NCBI GenBank assembly: GCA_025451045.1
Contig: JANWLD010000003.1
Location: 69,690 to 133,689, forward strand
From: Candidatus Saccharimonadales bacterium
GTDB taxonomy: Bacteria; Patescibacteriota; Saccharimonadia; Saccharimonadales; 2-12-FULL-41-12
DNA: 64,000 nucleotides
Direction of reading: 5' to 3'
Part shown: positions 1 through 9,765 of the stretch, piece after piece
Layout of the letters: each line of letters opens with the position of its first letter
Position numbering within the stretch: the stretch's first letter is position 1
Translations under genes and position numbers: made by a program
Notes under the pieces: generated by a model
Databases searched by the model: none
Seen by the model: the letters and a program-made list of their open reading frames with translations, nothing else
Told to the model about the DNA's origin: nothing

Positions 1-160
1 CGCCTAAACTAGTAGGTGTTTCATCTGCACCGTCTAAAAAAGCTGGATTGCCCGAATAGAAAGCTCTTGCCTCGGGCACGCTTTGAGGGGTTTTTAATAT
101 TTCAGGAAGACCGGCTCCATCGACTTCAACCGGACTCGCTGTTGCTTGTCCATTTCCCAT
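1..160 (-). CDS. Partial CDS (5' end; continues past the left edge), hypothetical protein
   Basis: My own minus-strand translation from the ATG (complement of 158-160) gives MGNGQATASPVEVDGAGLPEILKTPQSVPEARAFYSGNPAFLDGADETPTSLG and stays open to the window edge. It is too short for the ORF track. It is divergent from prfB. Confidence 0.35.
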   Translation of the reverse strand, partial: MGNGQATASPVEVDGAGLPEILKTPQSVPEARAFYSGNPAFLDGADETPTSLG

Positions 161-240
161 AATTTACTAAGTTATATTGTATACTTTTTATGAAATAATT
201 GCAAGTATTTAAAGAGTAACTGCTATACTATAGTTCATAA

Positions 241-1329
241 ATGAAACCTATGGACAAAGAAGAAATAAAACAGCTAACCGGCCGGATAGATGATGCATTG
301 AAAATCATCAAGCTTGATGAACTTAAAAATCAGCGAGATGAGCTAAAAGCAAAAAGCGAACAGGCGAGCTTCTGGGATGATAACCAGAAGGCCTCAAAAG
401 TTATGCAAAAACTCTCCGCACTTGATGAAAAAATCACGGATTGGCAGGAAATATCCTCCGAAGCCAAAGATTTGCTGGAACTGTCTGATTTGTCTGACAG
501 CTCGCTTAAAAACGATTTGGACAAACAGTTTAAAAAGCTCAAAAAGCGGTTTGAAAAAGCCCACTTTGAACTAGCTTACAGCGGGCCATATGACGAAAAT
601 GGCGCCATTGTCAGCATCCATGCCGGCGCCGGCGGGGTAGATGCCCAGGATTGGGCCTCGATGTTGCTCAGGATGTATCTGCGCTGGGCCGAAAACAGCG
701 GTTTCAAGACCAAAATGATTGATGAGTCAGCTGGTGAGGAAGCCGGGCTGAAAAGTGCCAGTTTCAGCGTTCATGGTTCGCTGGCTTATGGAAAGCTCAA
801 GGGAGAGCATGGCGTACACCGCTTAGTTCGGCTTAGTCCGTTCAATGCCAACAACTTGCGCCAGACCAGCTTTGCCAAAATCGAGGTTTTACCGGAGATA
901 GATGAGCCGGAAACCGTGCCGATAGACGAAAAAGACCTTAAAATCGATGTTTTCCGTTCCGGCGGCCACGGCGGACAGAGTGTCAATACTACCGATTCGG
1001 CGGTTCGGGTTACCCATCTGCCAACCGGTATAACCGTGAGTATCCAAAACGAACGAAGCCAGATACAGAACAAAGAAACGGCAATGACCATTCTGCGCTC
1101 TAAACTGGCTCAACTGCAAATACAGCAGCACAAAGAGAATATAGCCGAAATAAAAGGCCCGAATCAGTCCGCTGAATGGGGCAATCAGATAAGAAGTTAT
1201 GTGCTGCACCCCTATAAGCAAGTAAAGGATTTGCGCACCGGACAAGAAAACTCGGATCCGAAGGCTGTTTTGGACGGCGATATAAATAAATTTATTGAAG
1301 AGTATACGGCCAGTCTTATAAAGAGCTAG
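241..1329 (+). CDS. prfB: Peptide chain release factor 2
   Basis: 362 aa. Contains the RF2-specific SPF tripeptide (LSPFNANN) and the GGQ motif (SGGHGGQSVN). The ORF is uninterrupted, with no internal TGA frameshift site. Confidence 0.95.
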   Translation: MKPMDKEEIKQLTGRIDDALKIIKLDELKNQRDELKAKSEQASFWDDNQKASKVMQKLSALDEKITDWQEISSEAKDLLELSDLSDSSLKNDLDKQFKKLKKRFEKAHFELAYSGPYDENGAIVSIHAGAGGVDAQDWASMLLRMYLRWAENSGFKTKMIDESAGEEAGLKSASFSVHGSLAYGKLKGEHGVHRLVRLSPFNANNLRQTSFAKIEVLPEIDEPETVPIDEKDLKIDVFRSGGHGGQSVNTTDSAVRVTHLPTGITVSIQNERSQIQNKETAMTILRSKLAQLQIQQHKENIAEIKGPNQSAEWGNQIRSYVLHPYKQVKDLRTGQENSDPKAVLDGDINKFIEEYTASLIKS

Positions 1330-1376
1330 ACTTGAGAATAAGTCAATTTAGTGTTAAATTACTTAAAATATAGAAC

Positions 1377-2081
1377 GTGATCTTAAGGAGTTATAGCTTG
1401 AACGGACGCAGTATTGAATTTGTTGAAAACAGAGATCCGAAGGGCTGTTTTGAGGCCGATGTCGAGGCATTGACATATATTCACCAGAACGAAGTACGCC
1501 TTGCCTTGGACAAAGCCGATCTTTATACGCCGGATGGCCTGAGGGTAGTTGGCGCCGAAGTCCTTAATGCGAGTATGAGGTCCGCGGTATTATCGGTTAA
1601 TTTTAAGGAAGTATTACCGCATTACAATGGCTTTAGCGGCGATGAGATAGCATTGGATGACTCACCGGATTTAGAGAAGGAGCGCTTGCAAACCTTACAA
1701 ACTAGTTTGGCAGAAGATGATCATCAAGGACTCATCCTTTTTTACCCTTGTAAGCGACCGGGCAGTCCATTAATATTTGGTCATTTCGTGGCCGCCATAG
1801 AAGGACAAGAAGCGGATGCGGCTCTAACTGTTATGGACCCAAGTGAATTAAGAGATCCCAAAACAGATGAGAGAATAGGCGGTGTTTTTCAAAAGAGTGA
1901 GGAAGAAGTATTAGAAATGCTAACCCCTGTTATTAATCTTGACCAACTGATACCTGTCTTTGCCTACTCGGTAAGGATAAATTCCTTGTCGCCTATTATG
2001 CAAGAAGCAGAAGCTAGCGCCGTAGGTGAAATCGAAGCCGAGCCTAAAGGCGAGGCTCGCGAACTTGCTTTAGCCTTATAA
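1377..2081 (+). CDS. Hypothetical protein
   Basis: 234-aa ORF with no recognisable motif. AAGGAG at 1383-1388 followed by an in-frame TTG at 1398 may be the true start. Confidence 0.6.
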   Translation: MILRSYSLNGRSIEFVENRDPKGCFEADVEALTYIHQNEVRLALDKADLYTPDGLRVVGAEVLNASMRSAVLSVNFKEVLPHYNGFSGDEIALDDSPDLEKERLQTLQTSLAEDDHQGLILFYPCKRPGSPLIFGHFVAAIEGQEADAALTVMDPSELRDPKTDERIGGVFQKSEEEVLEMLTPVINLDQLIPVFAYSVRINSLSPIMQEAEASAVGEIEAEPKGEARELALAL

Positions 2082-2125
2082 AATCAAGAATTATGTAATA
2101 AAACCGGTTTGCTATAATAAAGCTT

Positions 2126-2809
2126 GTGATTTTACTTGATAGGGTAACAAAAACTTACACTAGGAAAAAAACAGATGCGCTTTACCGTATCAACCTGCAT
2201 GTCGAGCCAAAAGAGTTCGTAATTGTCGTCGGCCCTTCTGGCGCCGGCAAATCAACTCTTCTTAAATTACTAACCAGAGAAGAAAAGCCTACCACCGGTA
2301 AAATAATCGTCGGCGGTATAGATTACGAACACCTTAAGGAAAAGGAAATCCCAACACTTCGCCGCAAAATAGGCGTAGTTTTTCAGGATTTTAAGTTACT
2401 ACCGAACAAGACAGTGTTTGAAAATGTCGCTTTCGCCCTGGAGATTGCCGGCTACTCCAACCGCGAAATCCGCCATACCGTACCAAAAGTCTTAAATATT
2501 GTCGGATTAAAAGGCAAAGAAAATAATTATCCGCGTGAACTCTCCGGCGGCGAGACCCAGCGGGTAGCAATAGCCCGCGCCGTAGTGCGCCAACCAAAAA
2601 TCCTGATCGCTGACGAGCCGACCGGCAACTTAGACCCCAAACATGCTTGGGATGTGATAAAGGTTCTGGAAAAGATTAACAAATATGGCACGACCGTGCT
2701 TTTGACGACCCATAATCAGGAGATTGTAAACAAGCTAAAAAGACGGGTAGTAACCATCAAAGACGGCAAGATTGTCAGTGATAAGGCCAGCGGAGGCTAC
2801 GAGATTTAG
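2126..2809 (+). CDS. ftsE: Cell-division ABC transporter ATP-binding protein FtsE
   Basis: Walker A GPSGAGKST, ABC signature LSGGETQRVAIARA, Walker B ILIADEPT. Lies immediately upstream of an FtsX-type permease. Confidence 0.9.
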   Translation: MILLDRVTKTYTRKKTDALYRINLHVEPKEFVIVVGPSGAGKSTLLKLLTREEKPTTGKIIVGGIDYEHLKEKEIPTLRRKIGVVFQDFKLLPNKTVFENVAFALEIAGYSNREIRHTVPKVLNIVGLKGKENNYPRELSGGETQRVAIARAVVRQPKILIADEPTGNLDPKHAWDVIKVLEKINKYGTTVLLTTHNQEIVNKLKRRVVTIKDGKIVSDKASGGYEI

Positions 2810-2811
2810 CC

Positions 2812-3783
2812 GTGAAAAGGAAGTTTATAACACTAGTCAGGGTAATTCGTAACGGCTGCATAAATTTTGTGCGCAATCTATCTTTAAGTGTTGCGGCCAC
2901 GGCCGTCATGGTTGTGACTTTGACTATCGTGCTGTTCTCCATAATTGCCAACGCGACGTTTAACAATACAATCAATGAGATCAACAGCAAGATAGATATT
3001 TCAGTCTATTTAAAAGACACGGTTACCGAGCAGCAACGCGATGACCTAATAAACCAGCTGAAGGGTCTGCCAAATGTCGCGTCAGTCGAATATGTTACCA
3101 AAGAACAAGCCTTGGAAAAATATAGGGAACAAAACAAAGACAACCTGAATTTGCTGCTGGCAATATCCCAGACTGATAACCCCTTGCCAGCAACGGTCCA
3201 GATAAAACCGCGTGACCCGATTCGGATAAACGATATAAAAACCGTTTTGGAAGATCCCAAAAACCTGGCTTTACAATCAGATGAAACTTCTTATTCCGGT
3301 GATCGCAAAGAGGCAATAGACAAGATTACGCATGCCACCGCGTTTTTCAGAAAAGCAGTCTTCGTAGGAGTGGTGATTTTCGCCATTATATCTATGCTGA
3401 TTATCTTTAATACTATCCGGATGGCGATTTTCAATCGCCGGAGCGAACTAAGGATCATGCGTCTTCTAGGTGCTAAACCGTGGTATATAAGGGGTCCGTT
3501 TATCATTGAGACGATGATTTATGGTATCGTGGCGGCAGTTGCTTCCATTGCTATCTGCAATTTCCTGTTTGCTGTGCAGTCCCAGGCATTTGATGCCAGC
3601 AGTTTGGGGTTACTGGATATAACTTATGCGAATGATTATTTCGCCGAGCATTTCTGGATGTTTCTCTTAATGCAGCTGGTGGCCGGCATGACCATTGGAG
3701 CCGTTTCGGCTTTGATAGCAACCAAGAAATATCTGAAAATGCAAAACAGCAGCAAGATACGCTTCCGTCTGTTTAGAAGATAA
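2812..3783 (+). CDS. ftsX: Cell-division permease-like protein FtsX
   Basis: 323 aa with one N-terminal TM segment, a large extracytoplasmic loop and three C-terminal TM segments. Separated from ftsE by a 2-nt gap. Confidence 0.85.
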   Translation: MKRKFITLVRVIRNGCINFVRNLSLSVAATAVMVVTLTIVLFSIIANATFNNTINEINSKIDISVYLKDTVTEQQRDDLINQLKGLPNVASVEYVTKEQALEKYREQNKDNLNLLLAISQTDNPLPATVQIKPRDPIRINDIKTVLEDPKNLALQSDETSYSGDRKEAIDKITHATAFFRKAVFVGVVIFAIISMLIIFNTIRMAIFNRRSELRIMRLLGAKPWYIRGPFIIETMIYGIVAAVASIAICNFLFAVQSQAFDASSLGLLDITYANDYFAEHFWMFLLMQLVAGMTIGAVSALIATKKYLKMQNSSKIRFRLFRR

Positions 3784-4113
3784 AAAGCAATAAACATAAA
3801 AGGTTTGATGATTATTCCAGGGCTTGCTACAATAGACTTTCAGCTCTGGGCTTATAGTATAATTTCTCAACTTATAATCTACTCCCGGGGCTAACTAACA
3901 TAGAAGTAAACCGCCAAAAAACTCAATTAACAATAATTCAAGACACCTATGCTTGAGTTTAAAAGTTGTTTTCTTATTTGAAGCTCAAAGCGAGATGTAT
4001 AAATAATACTTCGAGCGAGAACTGGAAATAAAAAACGGCTTTGAGACCAAGAAGCCAGTAGTGTCAGCGTCTCTGATGCTGAGCAGACTGGCTGGCATAG
4101 GGGTCGGGAGGGG

Positions 4114-5331
4114 TTGAAAAAGATGACTGCTTATGCTAAGATACAAGTGGTATTTTCAAAATACAAACCAAAAATAAAAATAGTAAAAATGCGAAAAAAC
4201 GCCTCACACCCAAGTAGAGATATTGTCCTGTTCAGCAAAGAGGGTCTGTTGGCTATGGTTATGGTATTTGCTCTTGTTTTTGCGACAGTAGGTTCTTCAC
4301 TGGTAAGCGCCGACAAATTTGACGAGAAGATAAAGGCTCTGGCCAGAGAAAACAACAAAACGGCTTCAGCCCGCAACGAGCTGGGCGCGGAAGCGGATAA
4401 CCTTAGCGACCAGATTGGCAAACTGCAGGATCAAATAGACGCCAAACAAGCTGCTATTAATCAGCATCAGGAAGAAGTCGACAAACTAAAAGTTGAGATT
4501 GAAAAAGCCCAGAAAGAACTGGATAGACAAAAGGAAGTCCTGGGCGAATCAATCCGGGCGATGTACCTGGAGGGCGACATCTCGACGCTCGAGATGCTGG
4601 CTACCAGCAAGAACTTGAGTGATTATTTTGACAAGCAGCAATACCGCGAATCGGTCCAGAACAAGATAAAGTCCACGCTGGATAAGATTACCCAACTGAA
4701 ACTGGATCTGAATACCAAGAAGACAAAGACCGAAGATTTGATAGCCGAACAAAAGGATCTAAAAGAAGAACTGGTCGGCCAGCGTTCGGAAAAAGACCGC
4801 TTGCTTTCACTCAACGAAGGCCAGCAAAGCGAACTTAATCAGGATATAAAGGCTAATAATGCCCGAATTGCCAAACTACGCCAGCAACAGGCGATTGAAA
4901 ACGCCCGGCACTTCAGCGGTGTAACTGTTATCGCCGGCCACAATGGCCGCGACAGCTATCCGGACGCTTGGCGCAACGCGCCGCAGGACAGCCGTCTGGA
5001 CAGTTGGGGTATGTATAACCGCGAATGTGTTAGCTATACAGCTTGGAAAGTCTATGAAAGCGGCCGCTTTATGCCGTACTGGGGTGGTCGGGGCAATGCC
5101 AACCGTTGGGATGACAACGCCCGCGCCGCCGGTATACCGGTAAGTTCTACGCCCCGCGCCGGCGATGTTGCGATTGCCCACTGGGGTGCGTTCGGCCACG
5201 CCATGTATGTAGAATCGGTCAATGGCGACGGCACCATCAACATTAGCCAGTACAACTGGGACTATAACGGCACTTACTCCGAAGCTTACCACTTCTCAAC
5301 AAGCGGACTGGTTTTCATACATTTTAGGTAG
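4114..5331 (+). CDS. Secreted coiled-coil + CHAP-domain peptidoglycan hydrolase (PcsB-like architecture)
   Basis: N-terminal TM/signal segment (LLAMVMVFALVFATVGSSLVSA) and a roughly 200-aa heptad-rich coiled coil. The C-terminal CHAP-like region has Cys (NRECVSYTAW) and His (GHAMYVESV) motifs. The start is uncertain (TTG 4114, ATG 4123 or ATG 4189). Confidence 0.8.
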   Translation: MKKMTAYAKIQVVFSKYKPKIKIVKMRKNASHPSRDIVLFSKEGLLAMVMVFALVFATVGSSLVSADKFDEKIKALARENNKTASARNELGAEADNLSDQIGKLQDQIDAKQAAINQHQEEVDKLKVEIEKAQKELDRQKEVLGESIRAMYLEGDISTLEMLATSKNLSDYFDKQQYRESVQNKIKSTLDKITQLKLDLNTKKTKTEDLIAEQKDLKEELVGQRSEKDRLLSLNEGQQSELNQDIKANNARIAKLRQQQAIENARHFSGVTVIAGHNGRDSYPDAWRNAPQDSRLDSWGMYNRECVSYTAWKVYESGRFMPYWGGRGNANRWDDNARAAGIPVSSTPRAGDVAIAHWGAFGHAMYVESVNGDGTINISQYNWDYNGTYSEAYHFSTSGLVFIHFR

Positions 5332-5542
5332 GCATTGCCTTATGAGAGGAGGGGACTCCTCCTCTCATCGAGCCAGGTTCGTAGTAAACGAACTTGGTCT
5401 GCTCACCTCCCAATTAGAATCAAGAAACCCGAAATAAATTCGAATTTCTTTCAACCATAGTTCAATCAGTTAAATTGGGTTCTAAGAATTCTTTTGGGGT
5501 ACAATGGTTAAGTTAATTTAAGTTCAGTCCAGGAAGGCTTTA

Positions 5543-6757
5543 GTGGAGCAGACCGATAAACCCAAAAAGTTCAAATTAAACACTAAAATAATCCGTAATT
5601 TGGTAATGATAGCCTTAGTTTTTACCGCCGGGGCGATTATTGGCAGCAAACATCCTAATTTTTTAAACGACCTTAGAAACGAAAAATCAGTTCAAAAGCA
5701 AAGTCTGCCAAATAAATTGGACTATAAAGAGGTGGAAGAAATTTATTCCATGCTTAAAGCTAACTATGATGGCCAGCTGGACATCGGCAAATTACAAGAT
5801 GGCCTGAAAGAAGGCTTGGTTAAAGCCGCTGGCGATCCTTACACCGAATATCTAAACGCTCAGGAAAGCAAGGATTTTGACGAGGCGCTCAATGGTTCGT
5901 TTGAGGGCATAGGCGCGGAACTAGGCAAAGACAAGCAAGCTATAGTTATTATCTCGCCGATAGCCGGTTTCCCAGCGGCCAAGGCCGGCCTAAAACCCAA
6001 GGACATAATAGCCGAGATAAACGGCGAGAATGCCCTGGATTTGAACATAGATGAAGCCGTCCAGAAAATCCGCGGACCGAAAGGTACCATGGTCAAATTG
6101 GGCATTATCCGCGACGGCAAGAAACTTGATTTTGAGATTACTCGGGCGCAGATTACGATTCCAAGCGTAACCAGTAAAGTGGTCAATGGCAACATAGGGG
6201 TGATAAAAATCAGCCGATACAGCGACGATACGGTCGAGTTGGCGACCAAATATGCCAATGAACTGAAAGACAAAGGGGCCAAAGGTATCATCTTAGACCT
6301 GCGCGGCAACCCGGGCGGACTGCTGGACGCAGCCGTTGGCGTTTCTAATTTATGGCTCGAGAACGGGCAGACGATTTTGCAGGAAAAGCGCGACAATGTA
6401 GTCGAGAAAACTTTTTTTGCCGAAGGCGAGCCAATACTAAGCGGTATCCCAACGGTGGTTTTGATAGACGAAGGCAGCGCCAGCGCCAGTGAAATTACTG
6501 CCGGCGCGCTCAAAGATAACGGCGCGGCGGTACTTATTGGCCAGAAGAGTTATGGCAAAGGCAGTGTTCAGGAAGTATTAAACCTAGGCTTTGGCGGCGA
6601 ACTGAAAGTTACTGTCGCCCGCTGGTATACGCCGAAAGGTATCAATATCGATAAAGAGGGCCTGCAGCCGGATCAAAAGGTCGGATTTTCTGAAGCCGAT
6701 GCGAAAGCCAAGCGCGATCCACAACAAGATGCGGCCATTAAGTACCTGAATAGATGA
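5543..6757 (+). CDS. S41 carboxyl-terminal processing protease (Ctp/Prc family) with PDZ domain
   Basis: N-terminal TM segment, PDZ-like segment (GFPAAKAGLKPKDIIAEING), and S41 motifs RGNPGGLL, DEGSASASEI and YGKGSVQ. Confidence 0.9.
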   Translation: MEQTDKPKKFKLNTKIIRNLVMIALVFTAGAIIGSKHPNFLNDLRNEKSVQKQSLPNKLDYKEVEEIYSMLKANYDGQLDIGKLQDGLKEGLVKAAGDPYTEYLNAQESKDFDEALNGSFEGIGAELGKDKQAIVIISPIAGFPAAKAGLKPKDIIAEINGENALDLNIDEAVQKIRGPKGTMVKLGIIRDGKKLDFEITRAQITIPSVTSKVVNGNIGVIKISRYSDDTVELATKYANELKDKGAKGIILDLRGNPGGLLDAAVGVSNLWLENGQTILQEKRDNVVEKTFFAEGEPILSGIPTVVLIDEGSASASEITAGALKDNGAAVLIGQKSYGKGSVQEVLNLGFGGELKVTVARWYTPKGINIDKEGLQPDQKVGFSEADAKAKRDPQQDAAIKYLNR

Positions 6758-6873
6758 TAGGTTCTAGGTGATAGTGAACAGGTAAAAACACCTAGCCCCT
6801 ATAACCTATACACTATCTCCTTGAAATGTGGTAATATAGTTGGATATTTGTTAAGGGGGAGCGAGTAGTAGCG

Positions 6874-8484
6874 GTGGCAAAGCCGACAAAATATATTTTT
6901 GTGACAGGTGGAGTCCTTTCCGGTCTCGGCAAGGGCATAACAGCAGCCTCTATCGCCAACCTCTTAAAAGCCCGCGGCCTAAAAGTAAACATCCAAAAAT
7001 GCGACCCTTATTTGAATGTTGACGCCGGCACGCTGAACCCGCGCGAACACGGCGAAGTTTTTGTAACCCGCGACGGAGCCGAAACCGACCTTGACCTTGG
7101 CCATTACGAAAGATTCATTGACGAAGAGTTGACTCAAGCCAGCAGCCTAATGAGCGGCCGGGTTTTACTTCAAGTTATTCAAGATGAGCGGGCCGGTAAA
7201 TACTCCGGCGAGGACGTGCAGATAATCCCGCATTTGACAGCGGCCATACAAAAATACATTCAATCTGCAGGCAAGGATTTTGACGTGCATATAGTCGAAC
7301 TTGGCGGCACAGTCGGCGACTACGAAGGGCTTAGCTTTATCGAGGCGATTCGCGAGCTGGGACTTAGGGTCGGCTTGCAAAATTGCCTGTATGTCCACGT
7401 GGTTTATATGCCATATCTGGGCGCTAGCCAGGAGTTTAAGACCAAACCGGCGCAGAATTCTGTCCGCGACCTGCGCGGCTTGGGTATTTCGCCGAATATT
7501 TTAGTTGCCAGAAGCGAAAAAGAACCGCCCGTAAGCGTTAAAAATAAATTAAGCCTGTTTTGCGGTGTCGGACCGGAAGCAATCGCGCTGTTGCCGAACG
7601 CATCAAGCATTTACGGCGTGCCGCTGGAGCTGGAAGACACCGGTATCGCTGACGTTATCGCAGACAAGTTGGATTTAAAAGTCAAAAAGCCTGATCTGAA
7701 AGATTGGCGTGAAGTCGTGCGTCTGACTACCACCAAATTTCCGACCAAAGTCACTGTCGGCGTGGTTGCCAAGTATCTGGACAATCAAGATACCTACATG
7801 AGTGTATTTGAAGCGCTGAGATCGGCCGCTTGGAGCAACGAAGTTAATGTCGATATCCGCTGGGTGGACGCCGAAAGCCTGGAAGAAAAGGGCGCGAAAG
7901 TAGCCGAAGCGCTTGCCAGTTGTGACGGTATAGTCGTGCCGGGCGGTTTCGGTATCCGTGGACTAAACGGCAAGATAAAAGCCGCCCAGTATGCGTTGAA
8001 ACACAAATTCCCATACCTCGGGCTGTGTCTGGGCCTGCAGATGGCGGTGATTGCCGCGGCCAAAAACGCCGGCATCAGCGATGCGACGACTACGGAACTT
8101 GATTCTAAAGCTAAAAACCAGGTTATTTCCACCATGGATGGCCAGCAGGGAATGGAACTGACCGGTGGAACCATGCGATTGGGCGATTACCCATGCAAAA
8201 TCGCGCCGGACAGCAAAGTCGGCAAGCTCTACGAGCAAAAAAACATACTCGAGCGCCACCGTCACCGTTTTGAATGCAATAATGCGTACCGCGACCAATA
8301 CGCTAAGTGGGGTATCCGCGCCGTTGGTACCAGCCCGGATGATAAATTAGTCGAAATTATCGAAGGCCTTAACCACCCATTCTTCGCCGCCAGCCAATTT
8401 CATCCGGAGTTCAAATCCCGGCCAAACCGGCCGCACCCGCTATTTAACGGTTTTATCCGGGCTTTGAAAGCTAAAAAAGCATAA
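6874..8484 (+). CDS. pyrG: CTP synthase
   Basis: 536 aa. N-terminal KYIFVTGGVLSGLGKGI, glutamine amidotransferase Cys motif GLCLGLQ, and C-terminal HPEF. Confidence 0.97.
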   Translation: MAKPTKYIFVTGGVLSGLGKGITAASIANLLKARGLKVNIQKCDPYLNVDAGTLNPREHGEVFVTRDGAETDLDLGHYERFIDEELTQASSLMSGRVLLQVIQDERAGKYSGEDVQIIPHLTAAIQKYIQSAGKDFDVHIVELGGTVGDYEGLSFIEAIRELGLRVGLQNCLYVHVVYMPYLGASQEFKTKPAQNSVRDLRGLGISPNILVARSEKEPPVSVKNKLSLFCGVGPEAIALLPNASSIYGVPLELEDTGIADVIADKLDLKVKKPDLKDWREVVRLTTTKFPTKVTVGVVAKYLDNQDTYMSVFEALRSAAWSNEVNVDIRWVDAESLEEKGAKVAEALASCDGIVVPGGFGIRGLNGKIKAAQYALKHKFPYLGLCLGLQMAVIAAAKNAGISDATTTELDSKAKNQVISTMDGQQGMELTGGTMRLGDYPCKIAPDSKVGKLYEQKNILERHRHRFECNNAYRDQYAKWGIRAVGTSPDDKLVEIIEGLNHPFFAASQFHPEFKSRPNRPHPLFNGFIRALKAKKA

Positions 8485-8527
8485 GCCTTCTTGTAAATAA
8501 ATAGATATTTAATTACTATTACTAGAT

Positions 8528-8914
8528 ATGAGCAACGCAAGCGAAAAAACTATCCTACTGGTTGAAGACGATGACCGGCTGGCTGAAGTCTATGAAACGC
8601 GGCTGAAAGCCGAAGGGTTCAAAACCAAGCGCGTAGCCAACGGCGAAGAGGCACTGGCGGCGGCACTGCAGGTCAAACCGGATTTGATTCTGTTGGATGT
8701 GATGATGCCGAAGGTCAGCGGCTTTGACGTACTCGATATTCTTCGCAATACGCCGGAAACCACCAATGTCAAAATCATCATGCTGACGGCTTTGAGCCAG
8801 GACAGCGACCGTGACCGGGCCAAATCACTAGGGGTGGACGATTACCTTATCAAATCCCAAGTCGTAATTGCCGATGTAGTTGCCAAAGTCAAAGAACACC
8901 TTAACCTGGCTTAG
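8528..8914 (+). CDS. Stand-alone response-regulator receiver domain protein (canonical)
   Basis: 128 aa with an acidic pocket (LLVEDDD), phospho-acceptor LILLDVMMP, T/S (MLTALS) and K (YLIKS). Confidence 0.85.
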   Translation: MSNASEKTILLVEDDDRLAEVYETRLKAEGFKTKRVANGEEALAAALQVKPDLILLDVMMPKVSGFDVLDILRNTPETTNVKIIMLTALSQDSDRDRAKSLGVDDYLIKSQVVIADVVAKVKEHLNLA

Positions 8915-8954
8915 GGCTTTGACACAATATAAGTTTTAGTGTATTTGTGTATTA

Positions 8955-9479
8955 ATGCAAACCGGTAATTTTGAAGTCGGGGAACTGGGTTATTGTGAGT
9001 TGAACTCGGTACTGCTCGGAGGTGATACAACCGAGCTGGTTTTATATCATGAGCTAGATGATACACCGGAAGAAATTGGCTATATTTGTGTCGCACCCGA
9101 CCCTTGGGGCGATGATAAAGCAGTGAAAGAAATTAGCGACTTATTTATCAGAAGAGAATTTAGGGGAAAAGGAGCTGGTTCATTTTTGGTTGATCAAGCT
9201 ATAGAGGATGCTAAGCAAGCCGGCCTGAATACTCTTCAGACTTGCGCGGTCAATGAACGGACGGTAAGCTCATTTTGCCGACATTTTAACCTGCCGGATC
9301 TTAGCTTTTATAAAAAGCATGGAATAGACGAGCCGCCTCGGCCGATTCAAATATCTCCAAGCGGTGCTATAGATTATCTGAGAAAAAGACGAAAAGAGCA
9401 GATTAAACAATCCGGAGTAGACGGAGAGTTAAAAGGATTCGGCATACATATTCTGGGTCGGCTGGCCCGAACTGCTTAA
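8955..9479 (+). CDS. GNAT-family N-acetyltransferase
   Basis: Acetyl-CoA-binding motif-A-like segment RREFRGKGAGSFLVDQAIEDAKQAG. Confidence 0.65.
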   Translation: MQTGNFEVGELGYCELNSVLLGGDTTELVLYHELDDTPEEIGYICVAPDPWGDDKAVKEISDLFIRREFRGKGAGSFLVDQAIEDAKQAGLNTLQTCAVNERTVSSFCRHFNLPDLSFYKKHGIDEPPRPIQISPSGAIDYLRKRRKEQIKQSGVDGELKGFGIHILGRLARTA

Positions 9480-9489
9480 GAGATAAAAT

Positions 9490-9762
9490 TTAAACTACGC
9501 TGACTTCGGTTCGTCTGACGCTACGGCCGGAATAAGTCTTAACTTTTCGGGTTTTGTAGGCAACGACACCGTCTTTGTCAGCGTGAATGGTAAAGTTACG
9601 GCTCATCTTGGTGCCCGGCCCGGGACGTTTGGTCATGCCGATCTGGCGCACAATAACCTGGCCGACTGTGGCTTTTTGGCCGCCGGAAATCTTGATACCT
9701 AGCCGCTGGCCGGGACTATCGTGGTTGTTTTTGCTGGAACCCCCAGCCTTTACTTTCGACAT
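9490..9762 (-). CDS. rpmA: 50S ribosomal protein L27
   Basis: 90 aa. KAGGSSKNNHDSPGQRLGIK...GQVIVRQ is typical of L27. Confidence 0.95.
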   Translation of the reverse strand: MSKVKAGGSSKNNHDSPGQRLGIKISGGQKATVGQVIVRQIGMTKRPGPGTKMSRNFTIHADKDGVVAYKTRKVKTYSGRSVRRTEVSVV

Positions 9763-9765
9763 CTG

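Noticed and set aside
241-1329. Possible programmed +1 frameshift in prfB, as seen in many bacteria.
   Set aside because: The RF2 ORF is continuous from its ATG through the SPF and GGQ motifs. There is no in-frame TGA near codon 25 and no short upstream ORF.
3784-4113. Cyclic-di-AMP (ydaO-type) riboswitch upstream of the cell-wall hydrolase gene.
   Set aside because: The gene context would fit, but I cannot find the pseudo-two-fold ACGGGGA/CCCGAA-type conserved cores. Only generic hairpins are present. It is kept as an unclassified leader.
5860-6513. 217-aa minus-strand ORF inside the Ctp protease gene. Similar long antisense ORFs are 10520..11017, 23259..23720, 26924..27367, 30599..31114, 57897..58568, 58993..59637 and 63360..63713.
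   Set aside because: Each lies fully inside a gene with clear family motifs on the other strand and has low-complexity S/P/A/R-rich composition typical of shadow frames. None has a recognisable motif.
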